Below are positions 19,771 through 29,816 of a stretch of 64,000 nucleotides of DNA, piece by piece. This stretch comes from Bacteroidales bacterium. GTDB taxonomy: Bacteria > Bacteroidota > Bacteroidia > Bacteroidales > JAAYJT01. A program made the translations under genes and the position numbers. Numbering within the stretch: the first letter of the stretch is position 1; each line of letters starts with the position of its first letter. Location of the stretch: assembly GCA_012522795.1 (NCBI GenBank), contig JAAYJT010000031.1, positions 9,398-73,397 of the forward strand. The letters are read 5' to 3'. The notes below the pieces were generated by a model that worked only from the letters and a program-made list of their open reading frames with translations, had not been told where the DNA came from and made no database searches.

Positions 19771-21024
19771 ATGATGGGTTCTAAACTATTTTTTATCAGC
19801 GAAAATGTAAAACTGGCGGTTCATTCCATCAAAAGTCATTTGCTCAGAGCTATCATAACAATAATGATCATTGCTCTGGGAATAACTGCTTTAGTTGGGA
19901 TTTTAACCTCAATTGATGCTATCAAATATTTTTTAAATGAGAATTTCTCAATGATGGGTGCTAATACCCTCACCATCCAAAACAGGGGGATGAGGATCCA
20001 GATAGGTTCACACAGTATACGCCCGAAAACCTATCGTTACATTACTTATAAGGAAGCAATGCGTTTTAAAAACGAATTTGACTTCAATGCTCATACTTCG
20101 GTTTATGTATATGGCTCAGGGGCAGCAACTCTGAATTACGGTTCAGAAAAAACCAACCCTAACATACCGGTAATAGGGACTGATAATGAATACATTATAA
20201 CATCAGGTAATGAGGTAGCACAAGGCAGGGATTTCAATGCAATTGAACTTGAACTTGGGTCGAACGTAGCTATTATTGGCAGCAATGTGGTTTCGAAACT
20301 ATTTAAAGCAGGTGTTGATCCTCTGGGGAAAATGGTTGGAATAGGTTCTGACAAATATATGGTGATCGGTATTTTAAAAGAAAAAGGCTCTTCAATAGGA
20401 ATCACCAGCGACAATCATTGTATTGTACCGCTTGAAAATGTCAGGCGTAATTTTTCAAGGGCTAACATGAATTACTCAATCAATGTAATGGTTGTTGACC
20501 CCGAATTGGTCTCAGATGCCGAAAGTGAAGCTATTGGTCTGTTTCGGACCATAAGGCTGGTTAAAACAGGTGAAGAAACCAATTTTGATGTATCAAAAAG
20601 TGATAATATAGCTGAAATACTATTTGAAAACCTGAAATATCTGAGACTGGCTGCTACTATAATAGGGCTGATAACGCTTTTAGGTGCTGCTATAGGGCTG
20701 ATGAACATTATGCTTGTATCAGTAACTGAACGAACCCGCGAAATCGGGATACTAAAGGCTGTAGGAGCAACAAAGAAAACCATCCGCAACCAATTTCTTG
20801 CTGAAGCAATAGTAATAGCTCAGTTTGGAGGCATTATCGGGATCATTCTTGGAATACTTGCCGGCAATGCGCTTGGCGCTATAATAGGTTCCGGATTTAT
20901 CATTCCCTGGTTGTGGATAATAGGAGGTGTTATTCTTTGCTTCCTGGTTGCTCTTGTTTCCGGGATCTTGCCCGCAACAAAAGCTGCCAATCTCGATCCG
21001 GTTGATTCGTTACGATATGAGTAA
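19771..21024 (+). CDS. MacB/FtsX-like ABC transporter permease
   Basis: [35 protein letters not shown]. Confidence 0.9.
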   Translation: MMGSKLFFISENVKLAVHSIKSHLLRAIITIMIIALGITALVGILTSIDAIKYFLNENFSMMGANTLTIQNRGMRIQIGSHSIRPKTYRYITYKEAMRFKNEFDFNAHTSVYVYGSGAATLNYGSEKTNPNIPVIGTDNEYIITSGNEVAQGRDFNAIELELGSNVAIIGSNVVSKLFKAGVDPLGKMVGIGSDKYMVIGILKEKGSSIGITSDNHCIVPLENVRRNFSRANMNYSINVMVVDPELVSDAESEAIGLFRTIRLVKTGEETNFDVSKSDNIAEILFENLKYLRLAATIIGLITLLGAAIGLMNIMLVSVTERTREIGILKAVGATKKTIRNQFLAEAIVIAQFGGIIGIILGILAGNALGAIIGSGFIIPWLWIIGGVILCFLVALVSGILPATKAANLDPVDSLRYE

Positions 21025-21064
21025 ATCCATACAGTAACCTTATTCTCAGACGATTAACCAATGA

Positions 21065-22072
21065 TTATTTTCTTTCCACAATCTTTGATCTGAAGCCTTC
21101 ACTTATCCATGTTTGTAATTCTTCGCCATTCTCTGAATAAATCAGGAAAGCTTCCAAATCTTTTCTGATTTTAAGAAATTCAATAGTTTTTTCAACTCCC
21201 ATAACCATAAAAGCTGTAGCGTAAGCATCGGCCGTCATACAATCTTCTGCCAATACCGAGACGCTAAGCAGAGAATGTTGTACCGGATAGCCGGTAAATG
21301 GATCAATGGTATGAGAATAGCGAACACCGTCTTCAATATAAAACCTCCGGTAATTTCCCGAAGTAGCTATTGCCATGTTTTCAAGCTCCACAATAGCTTT
21401 AAGTTCACGTGAACTATTCTGATCTTCTGATGGTTTCTCCACTCCTACTTTCCATAATGTCCCATTGGGTTTACGTCCGTGGGCTATCACCTCACCACCA
21501 ATATCAACAAGATATCTACTAACACCTTTTGACTCAATAAATTGCGCAACCACATCAACTGCATATCCTTTGGCAATAGCATTAAAATCAATCTGAGCGC
21601 CCGGAACAGCTTTTATTATCCTGTTATTCTCAAGTTTAAAATTTCTGTAACCAACCAGTTTCAATAAACTATCAATTGTGTTTCTGTCAAGATGCAGCCT
21701 GTCGCTAAAACCAAATCCCCAGGCATTTACCAGGGGTCCTACCGAAAAATCAAAATATCCGTCTGTTGCTTCCGCTACCTCATAAGCCTTGCGAAAAACA
21801 GTAATAAACCAGTCATCCGCTTCTGTATCAGTTTCATCCCGGTTGATTTTTGAAATAATCGAGTTTGGCTCATAAACTGAAACTGAAAAATTAAAAGCAT
21901 CAAGCAGGGAATCAATTTCTTTCTGGAAATTGCGTTCTTGATTATCAAAATAGCTTATATCGTAATAAGTGCCCTGAGCTGCCCCCTGAAACCTGACCAT
22001 TTTCTCATTGCCAGAATGTGAGCAGGCGGAAAAAACCAAGAGCAATACATTGAAAATCAATAAATTTCTCAT
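21065..22072 (-). CDS. apbE: FAD:protein FMN transferase ApbE (lipoprotein)
   Basis: IAKGYAVD, DIGGE, ATSGNYR, SHTIDP, ADAYATA; immediately downstream of nqrF. Confidence 0.95.
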   Translation of the reverse strand: MRNLLIFNVLLLVFSACSHSGNEKMVRFQGAAQGTYYDISYFDNQERNFQKEIDSLLDAFNFSVSVYEPNSIISKINRDETDTEADDWFITVFRKAYEVAEATDGYFDFSVGPLVNAWGFGFSDRLHLDRNTIDSLLKLVGYRNFKLENNRIIKAVPGAQIDFNAIAKGYAVDVVAQFIESKGVSRYLVDIGGEVIAHGRKPNGTLWKVGVEKPSEDQNSSRELKAIVELENMAIATSGNYRRFYIEDGVRYSHTIDPFTGYPVQHSLLSVSVLAEDCMTADAYATAFMVMGVEKTIEFLKIRKDLEAFLIYSENGEELQTWISEGFRSKIVERK

Positions 22073-22082
22073 ACTATTAAAT

Positions 22083-22136
22083 AAAAAAACGACACATTAT
22101 TTGCATTGACAACTCTCAATATTTAATGTGTCGTTT
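22083..22136 (-). terminator. long hairpin with U-tail between nqrF and apbE
   Basis: 13-bp arms AAACGACACATTA/TAATGTGTCGTTT plus inner ATTGA/TCAAT stem; T-run on the minus strand. Confidence 0.65.
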
Positions 22137-22159
22137 GTAATTTTCAGAACATTACTTTA

Positions 22160-23404
22160 TCATGAGCCAAAATCGTCGAATGCAATATTTTCTTTTGGAA
22201 CCCCAAGGTTATCAAGCATCTTAAATACAGCATCGTTCATCATTGGCGGTCCACATAGGTAATATTCAATTTCTTCAGGCTCAGAATGCTTACTAAGATA
22301 ATTATTCAATACCACCTGGTGAATAAAACCAGTATAGCCTGTCCAGTTGTCTTCGGGCAATGGTTCTGAAAGAGCAAGATTAAACTCAAAATTAGGAAAA
22401 TTCTTTTCAATTTCATGAAACTCATCATCGTAGAAAACTTCGCGCAGCGACCTGGCTCCATACCAATACGATACTTTACGTGTTGTTTTTTCAGTATGGA
22501 AAAGATGGAAAATTTGCGAACGCAATGGAGCCATTCCAGCGCCACCACCAATATAAACCATCTCTTTATCTGTATTTTTAATATGGAAATCACCATAAGG
22601 TCCTGAAACCATAACTTTATCGCCCGGCTTTCTTGCGAATATATACGAAGAACAAATGCCAGGATTAACATTCATAAAACGGTTTTTGGTACGATCCCAT
22701 GGTGGAGTTGCAATACGAATGTTAAGCATTACAATATTACCTTCAGCGGGATGATTCGCCATTGAATAAGCTCTGAAAATAGGTTCAGGATTTTTCATTT
22801 TCAAATCAAAAATACCAAGCTTATCCCAATCCTCACGGAATTTTTCTTCAACTTCAATATCCTTAAAATCTATCTGAGTTTTGGGTACATCAATCTGAAT
22901 ATAACCTCCTGACTGAAAATCAAGTATTTCGCCTTCTGGTAATTTAACCACAAATTCTTTGATAAACGTTGCCACATTTCGGTTGCTAATCACTTCACAT
23001 TCCCATTTCTTAATTCCGAAAATTTCTTTTGGAATTCCAATCTTCAGATCTTCACGAACTTTAACCTGGCAACTCAACCTCCAGTGATTTTGTTGTTCTT
23101 TTCGAGTAAAATAACCCTTTTCCGTTTGAAGAATTTCTCCGGCTCCTTCAAACACCTGACATTTGCACATAGCGCATGTGCCTTGCCCTCCACATGCTGA
23201 TGGCAAGAAAATCTTTTCCTGTGCCAAAGTGCTTAAAAGAGTCGAACCAGGATCTGCTTCTATAACTTTGTCATCGTTGATAGTAATTTTTACTTTACCG
23301 GGAGGAGTCAGCTTTGCACGTACATATAGCAAAATGCCAACCAAGAGCAAGGTTATGGCAAGAAAAACCACAATACTTATCAAAATAATTGTTCCGGTTC
23401 CCAT
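22160..23404 (-). CDS. nqrF: Na+-translocating NADH:quinone reductase subunit F
   Basis: [12 protein letters not shown] 2Fe-2S motif, [26 protein letters not shown]. Confidence 0.97.
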   Translation of the reverse strand: MGTGTIILISIVVFLAITLLLVGILLYVRAKLTPPGKVKITINDDKVIEADPGSTLLSTLAQEKIFLPSACGGQGTCAMCKCQVFEGAGEILQTEKGYFTRKEQQNHWRLSCQVKVREDLKIGIPKEIFGIKKWECEVISNRNVATFIKEFVVKLPEGEILDFQSGGYIQIDVPKTQIDFKDIEVEEKFREDWDKLGIFDLKMKNPEPIFRAYSMANHPAEGNIVMLNIRIATPPWDRTKNRFMNVNPGICSSYIFARKPGDKVMVSGPYGDFHIKNTDKEMVYIGGGAGMAPLRSQIFHLFHTEKTTRKVSYWYGARSLREVFYDDEFHEIEKNFPNFEFNLALSEPLPEDNWTGYTGFIHQVVLNNYLSKHSEPEEIEYYLCGPPMMNDAVFKMLDNLGVPKENIAFDDFGS

Positions 23405-23447
23405 TTTATAATTTTTCAGTATTTAATAATTATTTCCTTAACAAATT

Positions 23448-24071
23448 TTAGAGTTTTATTCCCATAAAACTCATAAAGGCTATTGCCATCAAACCTGTAA
23501 CAATAAATGCAATCCCAAGCCCTCTGAGTGGCTTAGGAATATTTGAATAACGTATTTTTTCCCTTATTGCAGCAATTGCAACAATAGCAAGAAACCATCC
23601 TATACCACTTCCAAAACCAAATGCAGTTGCTTCGGCAATTGAACCATAATCACGCTCCTGCATAAAAAGCGACCCACCAAGAATAGCACAGTTTACAGCG
23701 ATAAGAGGAAGAAATATACCTAAAGAATTGTACAATGCAGGTGAAAATTTCTCGACTATCATCTCAACAAGCTGTACAATTGAAGCAATAACAGCAATGA
23801 ACATGATGAAGCTGAGAAAACTAAGATCAACATTGGCAAAACTATCACCAAGCCACGATAATGCACCTTCGCGTAGAAGATAATTGTGGATAAGATAGTC
23901 AACCGGTACAGTTACCACCATTACAAAAATAACGGCAACTCCAAGTCCTACTGAAGTTTTCAATGTTTTTGATACTGCCAGATATGAACACATACCCAGG
24001 AAGTATGCAAAAATCATATTCTCAATAAAAATTGACTTTATGAAGATGTTAAAGATATTTTCCATAATCAA
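23448..24071 (-). CDS. nqrE: Na+-NQR subunit E
   Basis: [25 protein letters not shown]. Confidence 0.96.
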   Translation of the reverse strand: MIMENIFNIFIKSIFIENMIFAYFLGMCSYLAVSKTLKTSVGLGVAVIFVMVVTVPVDYLIHNYLLREGALSWLGDSFANVDLSFLSFIMFIAVIASIVQLVEMIVEKFSPALYNSLGIFLPLIAVNCAILGGSLFMQERDYGSIAEATAFGFGSGIGWFLAIVAIAAIREKIRYSNIPKPLRGLGIAFIVTGLMAIAFMSFMGIKL

Positions 24072-24089
24072 TCCGTATTAAATAGTTGA

Positions 24090-24746
24090 CTAATTTTCTT
24101 CCTGTAAATCAGGGTTCTTAGTACGCTGTATCCAAATAATGATCCCTACAAGAAACAAAGCTGCTGGCGGTAAGATCATCAATCCGTTGTTTACATATCC
24201 TAGATCGTAAAAAACCTTAGGTAGAACCGGTAGCCCCCAGATAGTTCCTGAGCCCAGCAATTCACGGAAGAATGCAACAACAATCAGAATGATTCCATAT
24301 CCTACACCATTTCCGATACCGTCAATAAAGGAATCCCATGGTTTATTAGCCATAGCGAAAGCTTCAAGACGTCCCATAAGAATACAGTTTGTAATAATGA
24401 GCCCAACAAATACCGATAGTTGTTTACTTACATCATACATATATGCTTTAAGTACCTGATCGACAAGGATAACAAGTGCTGCTATTACAACAAGCTGAAC
24501 AATAATCCTGATCCTTGGCGGTATGGTATTACGAAGTGCCGATATGGTCAGGTTGGACATGGCAGTAACAATTACTACTGATAGAGCCATTACAAAAGCA
24601 GGTTCAAGTTTAACTGTTACAGCAAGAGCCGAACAAATCCCAAGCACCTGAACAGTTATAGGGTTTTCTTTGTTGAGGGGACCCAATAACAGTTTTTTTG
24701 TTTTAGCTGAGAATAAAGGTTCTCTTTCAGTTTTTGCTGTATTCAT
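24090..24746 (-). CDS. nqrD: Na+-NQR subunit D
   Basis: [30 protein letters not shown]. Confidence 0.96.
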   Translation of the reverse strand: MNTAKTEREPLFSAKTKKLLLGPLNKENPITVQVLGICSALAVTVKLEPAFVMALSVVIVTAMSNLTISALRNTIPPRIRIIVQLVVIAALVILVDQVLKAYMYDVSKQLSVFVGLIITNCILMGRLEAFAMANKPWDSFIDGIGNGVGYGIILIVVAFFRELLGSGTIWGLPVLPKVFYDLGYVNNGLMILPPAALFLVGIIIWIQRTKNPDLQEEN

Positions 24747-25503
24747 AAAGCTTTCTGATTTTAAAGTAAGTAATATAATTTTCCATACAATCTTTCAGCA
24801 TAGCCGAAACACCATTACTGGTAATGGTTCCACCCGAAATTGCATCAACACCATGCACAGGGTCAATATTAGAGTTTGCTACTCCACCTTGTACCACCTG
24901 TACTGAAACGAAGTTACCTGATTTATCAAAAATGGTTTTTTCGGGGAATTGATGTGTGAATATTTCGGTAGATATTTCAGCTCCTAACCCCGGGGTTTCG
25001 CCTTTATGACCGAAAGTAACACCTTCTACAGTATTAAAATCACTTTTAAGCGCTATATTTCCCCATATTCCACCCCATAAACCAGTACCACTCAATGGGA
25101 TAATATAAATAACTTCTTCTCCTTTTTCACATACAAATAAAGGGAAAACCGGATCTTCAACCTGTTTGCCCTTAGCAAGATTCTGCTTGGCTTTTAATTC
25201 CGTTTTGAGATCAACGTCAAAAGCCCTGCGGTCTCCCATTTCAAACTTCCCGTCAGCATAAATGCTTACCTCTTCACCGTCACTGTTAATAAGTATTTCT
25301 CTGGTAATATGTTTGTCGTAAAGTGCTTCTGCTGTTGCAGGAGTTGATTCAATATTAGCTGAGCTGAGCATATCCTGAATCTTCTCGATCTTTACATTTC
25401 TATCCTGTGCGGGTTTAAGCAGAAGAGCTGCTGCCGAAAGCATTGCTGCTACCAATATTACCATGATAGAAGCATATCTGAATATATAACCGTTACTGAA
25501 CAT
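24727..25503 (-). CDS. nqrC: Na+-NQR subunit C
   Basis: [31 protein letters not shown] flavinylation motif. Confidence 0.95.
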   Translation of the reverse strand: MFSNGYIFRYASIMVILVAAMLSAAALLLKPAQDRNVKIEKIQDMLSSANIESTPATAEALYDKHITREILINSDGEEVSIYADGKFEMGDRRAFDVDLKTELKAKQNLAKGKQVEDPVFPLFVCEKGEEVIYIIPLSGTGLWGGIWGNIALKSDFNTVEGVTFGHKGETPGLGAEISTEIFTHQFPEKTIFDKSGNFVSVQVVQGGVANSNIDPVHGVDAISGGTITSNGVSAMLKDCMENYITYFKIRKLYEYSKN

Positions 25504-25535
25504 AATGATATATTATTTTTAATTTGGTATAAATA

Positions 25536-26693
25536 TCAGGCTTTTACCGGTTTCATACGTTTAAGCCTTCTTTTAATATTTGCTTCTACCACATAATTAT
25601 CAATAAGTGGAGCAAAAACGTTCATAAGCAGAATTGCCAGCATCATACCCTCAGGATATGCCGGATTCAAAACTCTGATAAGTACAGCAAAAACGCCTAT
25701 CAGGAAACCATAAATGATCTTACCTGTGCTAGTTTGTGCTGCAGTTACAGGATCAGTTGCCATAAAGATCGCTCCAAAAGCAAAGCCTCCAATCACCAGA
25801 TGGTAATAAAAAGGCACTTCCATAAAGGCATTCACAGCAACAAGATTTAAAAGCCCACCCATAAAAATTCCGCCAAGAACTACAGAAATCATAATCCTGA
25901 GGCTACCCACACCAGTAAAGGCTAGAATAACAGCACCTATCAAAATGGCTATCACAGAAGTTTCACCAATTGATCCGGGTATAAAACCACAAAACATATC
26001 CATAAAAGAATGTGTGAAATGAACCGAACCGGTATCAATTCCGGCGGCGGCTTCTGCCAATGGAGTTGCACCTGAAAATCCATCTGCTTTATCAGATATC
26101 CATACTTTTTCACCCGACATAAAAGCGGGATAGGCAAAAAACAAAAATGCTCGTGCTGTTAAAGCCGGATTAAGGATGTTCATTCCGGTACCTCCAAAAA
26201 CCTCTTTGCCGATAATAACAGCAAAAGCAGTTGCAACAGCCACCATCCATAACGGTATATCAGGCGGAACTATAAGGGGTATAAGCATACCTGTTACCAG
26301 GAAGCCTTCATTCACTTCGTGGTGTCTGATCTGAGCAAAAATAAATTCAATAGCAAGCCCTGTAACATAAGAAACTATGATTATAGGAAGCACTTTACCC
26401 AAGCCGTACAATATATTATTCCAAAACCCTGCAGTTTGACCCAAAGAAAGGTAGTGCTGATAACCTACATTCCAAATCCCAAACAGCAATGCAGGAATCA
26501 CCGAAGCGACAACAATACTCATAGTACGCTTCATATCAATGCTGTCGCGGATATGGCTGCCTTGTAAAGTCGTTTTATCGGGAACAAAGAGAAAAGTTTC
26601 AAAAGCATCGAATGTGGAATGCAACTTTTCGAACTTTCCCCCCTTTTGGAATTGAGGCTTGATTTTGTCCAGTTGTTTTCTGAGCGATTTCAT
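25536..26693 (-). CDS. nqrB: Na+-NQR subunit B
   Basis: KEVFGGTGMNILNPAL, DGFSGATPL FMN site, FMATDPV. Confidence 0.96.
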   Translation of the reverse strand: MKSLRKQLDKIKPQFQKGGKFEKLHSTFDAFETFLFVPDKTTLQGSHIRDSIDMKRTMSIVVASVIPALLFGIWNVGYQHYLSLGQTAGFWNNILYGLGKVLPIIIVSYVTGLAIEFIFAQIRHHEVNEGFLVTGMLIPLIVPPDIPLWMVAVATAFAVIIGKEVFGGTGMNILNPALTARAFLFFAYPAFMSGEKVWISDKADGFSGATPLAEAAAGIDTGSVHFTHSFMDMFCGFIPGSIGETSVIAILIGAVILAFTGVGSLRIMISVVLGGIFMGGLLNLVAVNAFMEVPFYYHLVIGGFAFGAIFMATDPVTAAQTSTGKIIYGFLIGVFAVLIRVLNPAYPEGMMLAILLMNVFAPLIDNYVVEANIKRRLKRMKPVKA

Positions 26694-26749
26694 TAAAATT
26701 TATGTTGATTCTTGTTTAAATAATCTGATTAATTAGTATCACATTAGAA

Positions 26750-28096
26750 TTAACTCATTTCTTTTCTCATTAGTTCAAGTCCTTTTCTTATAATACCCTG
26801 GATCTCGGTTTTTGAAGTGTCAACAAATTCGCATAAAGCAAAATCTTCAGGCTCAACTTCGTAAATACCAAGGTTTTCCATCAGATCAATATCTTCATAC
26901 ATAATTGCTTTAATAAGCTGTAAAGGATAAATATCCATTGGGAATACTTTTTCAAATTCACCTGTCATCACAAAAGCGCGATTTCCACCATTCAGATTGG
27001 TATTAAGAGCATACTTTTTATTTGGTGTAAGCCATGAAAAGAAGGTTCTGGAAGTACTGTATTTGCCAAAGCCAGGTAATGCCCAACCCAGAAACTCATG
27101 ATAATTGCCTTCGGGAATAACAGTAACCATGGAATCGTAGATCCCCAGATAATTGTCGGCTCTAATTTGTGTTCCAGTTAGTACATTACCGGAAATATAT
27201 CTTAAATCACCTTCCTTAACATTATTATCAACCATATTACTTATTGACGCACCTCTTCTAGTCTTAAAATACTGGGGTTTAATCACTTCTGACCCCGTCA
27301 GAGCTACAATAACTGAGGAATCGTATTTGCCTTGCCTGAAAAGGCGACCAATAGTTATAACACTCTGAACATCAATAACCCAAACTATATCACCTTTGTT
27401 TATCGGGTCAATATGATGGATCTGAACACCAACATTTCCTGCCGGATGAGGACCTGAAAATGAATTCAGGATAACATTACGAGCACTCAAGAATTCTTTT
27501 GCCTTTGTTTTATCACTGATATTCAGGTTAACTTTCCCATTGCTCAATTTCGAGAGAACATCAATACCGGTCTGAAAATGCTCACCCTGTCCGTTAACAA
27601 TGAAATCATAATCAGGTGCCAGCGGAGCAGTATCAAAAGCTGAAATATGAACAGCTTTTGGTGTATGATCAAGATTGGCAATAATAGCATAAGGGCGCTG
27701 CCTTATAAGAGGCCAGATCCCGCTGTTAATCAGTTTTTCAACTATTTCTTCCCGGCTGATCTTTTCCGGATCGGCAGCTCCAAAATCCACACAGCTGTTT
27801 TTATCATCAGATTCGATCCTGATCTCTTCCAGTAAGCGTTTTTCACCACGTCTTATCTCTGTCACCTTACCACTAACCGGTGAAGTAAAAAGTATTCTCT
27901 CCTGATATTTGTTAAAAAACAAATGGGTACCAGCTTTAACTTCATCACCTTCTTTAACAAGCAGCTTAGGAATAACACCAATGAAATCAGTTGGCTTTAC
28001 CGCAAAATTGGTTGAATCCAGATTTTTAAACACTTTCTCGGCATGCCCGACAAGAGGAATATCAAGACCTTTTTTGATCTTAACAATTTTGTTCAT
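26750..28096 (-). CDS. nqrA: Na+-NQR subunit A
   Basis: IKKGLDIPLVG, GPHPAGNVG, EDFALCEFV. Confidence 0.96.
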   Translation of the reverse strand: MNKIVKIKKGLDIPLVGHAEKVFKNLDSTNFAVKPTDFIGVIPKLLVKEGDEVKAGTHLFFNKYQERILFTSPVSGKVTEIRRGEKRLLEEIRIESDDKNSCVDFGAADPEKISREEIVEKLINSGIWPLIRQRPYAIIANLDHTPKAVHISAFDTAPLAPDYDFIVNGQGEHFQTGIDVLSKLSNGKVNLNISDKTKAKEFLSARNVILNSFSGPHPAGNVGVQIHHIDPINKGDIVWVIDVQSVITIGRLFRQGKYDSSVIVALTGSEVIKPQYFKTRRGASISNMVDNNVKEGDLRYISGNVLTGTQIRADNYLGIYDSMVTVIPEGNYHEFLGWALPGFGKYSTSRTFFSWLTPNKKYALNTNLNGGNRAFVMTGEFEKVFPMDIYPLQLIKAIMYEDIDLMENLGIYEVEPEDFALCEFVDTSKTEIQGIIRKGLELMRKEMS

Positions 28097-28134
28097 AATC
28101 GGAAGTTATATTTGTGTTAAGCATTTTATGGGCG

Positions 28135-28142
28135 CAAAGGTA
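28135..28142 (-). promoter_or_regulatory. sigmaA -7 element TACCTTTG for the nqr operon
   Basis: TAnnTTTG followed by CGCC, about 40 nt upstream of nqrA. Confidence 0.65.
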
Positions 28143-28213
28143 TATAGAAAAGTAAATACTTTTATATTTGATTATGTTTTTTATTTTATTTTTGTCAAAA
28201 CACTATTAATTAT

Positions 28214-29512
28214 ATGAATAATAATCGCATGGCTTTTAAAAACCTTATAGTTTTATCCCCAATATTTATATTTCTGGTTCTCACTACAAGTGCACAAAGC
28301 GATAAAGCATATCGGATTCAGGACGATGTTTATATTAAAAACATTCAAACCGTAAGATTGCAGCGTCTGGGATATGAAATGTCATTCCCTGTCATCAATT
28401 TCAATTCCGACGAACAGTTAAAACTTACTTTCGACGACCTTGACGGAGATATAAAATACTTCAGATATACTTTTGTTCATTGCGATGCCTTATGGAACCT
28501 GTCTGATTTATGGCAATCAGATTATATTTCAGGATTCCCCGATGATATGATACATAATTATCAGTCGTCGTTCAACACTATTCAGCCTTATACCCATTAT
28601 GAACTTATCTTTCCAAACGATAATTTTAATTTCATTTTGCCTGGTAATTACCTGCTAATTGTTTTCAATGACAATAATCCCGACGATGTTGTTCTGACAC
28701 GTCGTTTCAGTGTAGTTGACATGAAGGTAAGCATTGACGGTTTTATTCAAACCCCAAAAACTATAAGCGAAAGAAATCAAAAACAGGAAATAGGTTTTAC
28801 AGTAAATACAAATAAATACCCTCTAAGCGATATCAGCCGCAATCTCAAAGTCATTATTAAACAAAATTGTCGATGGGACAATGAGCTTTACCTGCAACCC
28901 TATCAAACAAACGGCAACATACTTGATTTCAGATTTCCCGATGGAAGCAATACGTTTTACGGCGTAAATGAATTCAGAACTCTTGATTTGAGAAGTCTGA
29001 AATATAAAAGCAAAAACATCAGGGATTTTGAACGCGATACTGATGGCTATCATTTTTATTTGTGGCCTGACCAGATCAAAACTACCAAGCCATATATTTT
29101 TGAACAGGATCTGAACGGAAGATATCAGATATTAGCAGAAAATTCTTCTGATCCGGCTATTGACGCTGAATATGTGTACGTATATTTCTCTTTGCCATTT
29201 GAACAGATCCCCGATGCTGATGTATACGTTACAGGAATGCTTGCCGACTGGCAATTCAGGGATCAGAATAAAATGTACTATAATGCGCGTCGTTCAGCTT
29301 ATGAACTCAGAATGTTCCTTAAACAAGGCTTTTACAATTATCATTATGCATTGCTTAAAAAGGGTTCACAAAATGCCGACCCTGGATATTTTGAAGGTAA
29401 TCATACCGAAACCGGAAATGAATATACAGTGTATATTTATTATCGTGAACCAGGTGCCAGATATGATATTCTGATAGGTGTAAAAACCTTTAATTCAAAG
29501 GATTATTTATAA
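28214..29512 (+). CDS. DUF5103 protein (type IX secretion system plug-like)
   Basis: FDDL, HCDALW, SFNTIQPYTHY, NEFR, LKQGFYNYHY, EGNHTETGNEY; divergent from nqrA as in other Bacteroidota. Confidence 0.8.
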   Translation: MNNNRMAFKNLIVLSPIFIFLVLTTSAQSDKAYRIQDDVYIKNIQTVRLQRLGYEMSFPVINFNSDEQLKLTFDDLDGDIKYFRYTFVHCDALWNLSDLWQSDYISGFPDDMIHNYQSSFNTIQPYTHYELIFPNDNFNFILPGNYLLIVFNDNNPDDVVLTRRFSVVDMKVSIDGFIQTPKTISERNQKQEIGFTVNTNKYPLSDISRNLKVIIKQNCRWDNELYLQPYQTNGNILDFRFPDGSNTFYGVNEFRTLDLRSLKYKSKNIRDFERDTDGYHFYLWPDQIKTTKPYIFEQDLNGRYQILAENSSDPAIDAEYVYVYFSLPFEQIPDADVYVTGMLADWQFRDQNKMYYNARRSAYELRMFLKQGFYNYHYALLKKGSQNADPGYFEGNHTETGNEYTVYIYYREPGARYDILIGVKTFNSKDYL

Positions 29513-29584
29513 AGGAGTAAAATTACTAAAAATAAGAACGCAGAGTATTCAGGTAATTGCCGGATTTCTACTATTGATTCTTTA

Positions 29585-29779
29585 TTATTTATTATGACAA
29601 TTTACTGGCTCACCTGCACTACACGAACAGTGAACGGTTTTACCCGTTTTAGGATCTATACTTGAACAAGTCTTCTTAAACTCACCGTTTTTCTGAATAA
29701 ACATTTTTATAGCAATCGCCATAAAAGACAATCCTACAATTATTACTGCCGCTACTAATATTTTTACAAATGCAACCAT
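29585..29779 (-). CDS. small single-TM protein with four Cys (NqrM-like architecture)
   Basis: 64 aa: TM helix then C-x12-CxC-x7-C; close to the nqr operon. Confidence 0.65.
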   Translation of the reverse strand: MVAFVKILVAAVIIVGLSFMAIAIKMFIQKNGEFKKTCSSIDPKTGKTVHCSCSAGEPVNCHNK

Positions 29780-29816
29780 AATATCCTATTATAAATAGTT
29801 TCGTTCTTGTTCGGTA

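Noticed and set aside
19771-21024. Orphan MacB-like permease without ATPase as a novel system
   Set aside because: Standalone permeases of this type are common in Bacteroidota
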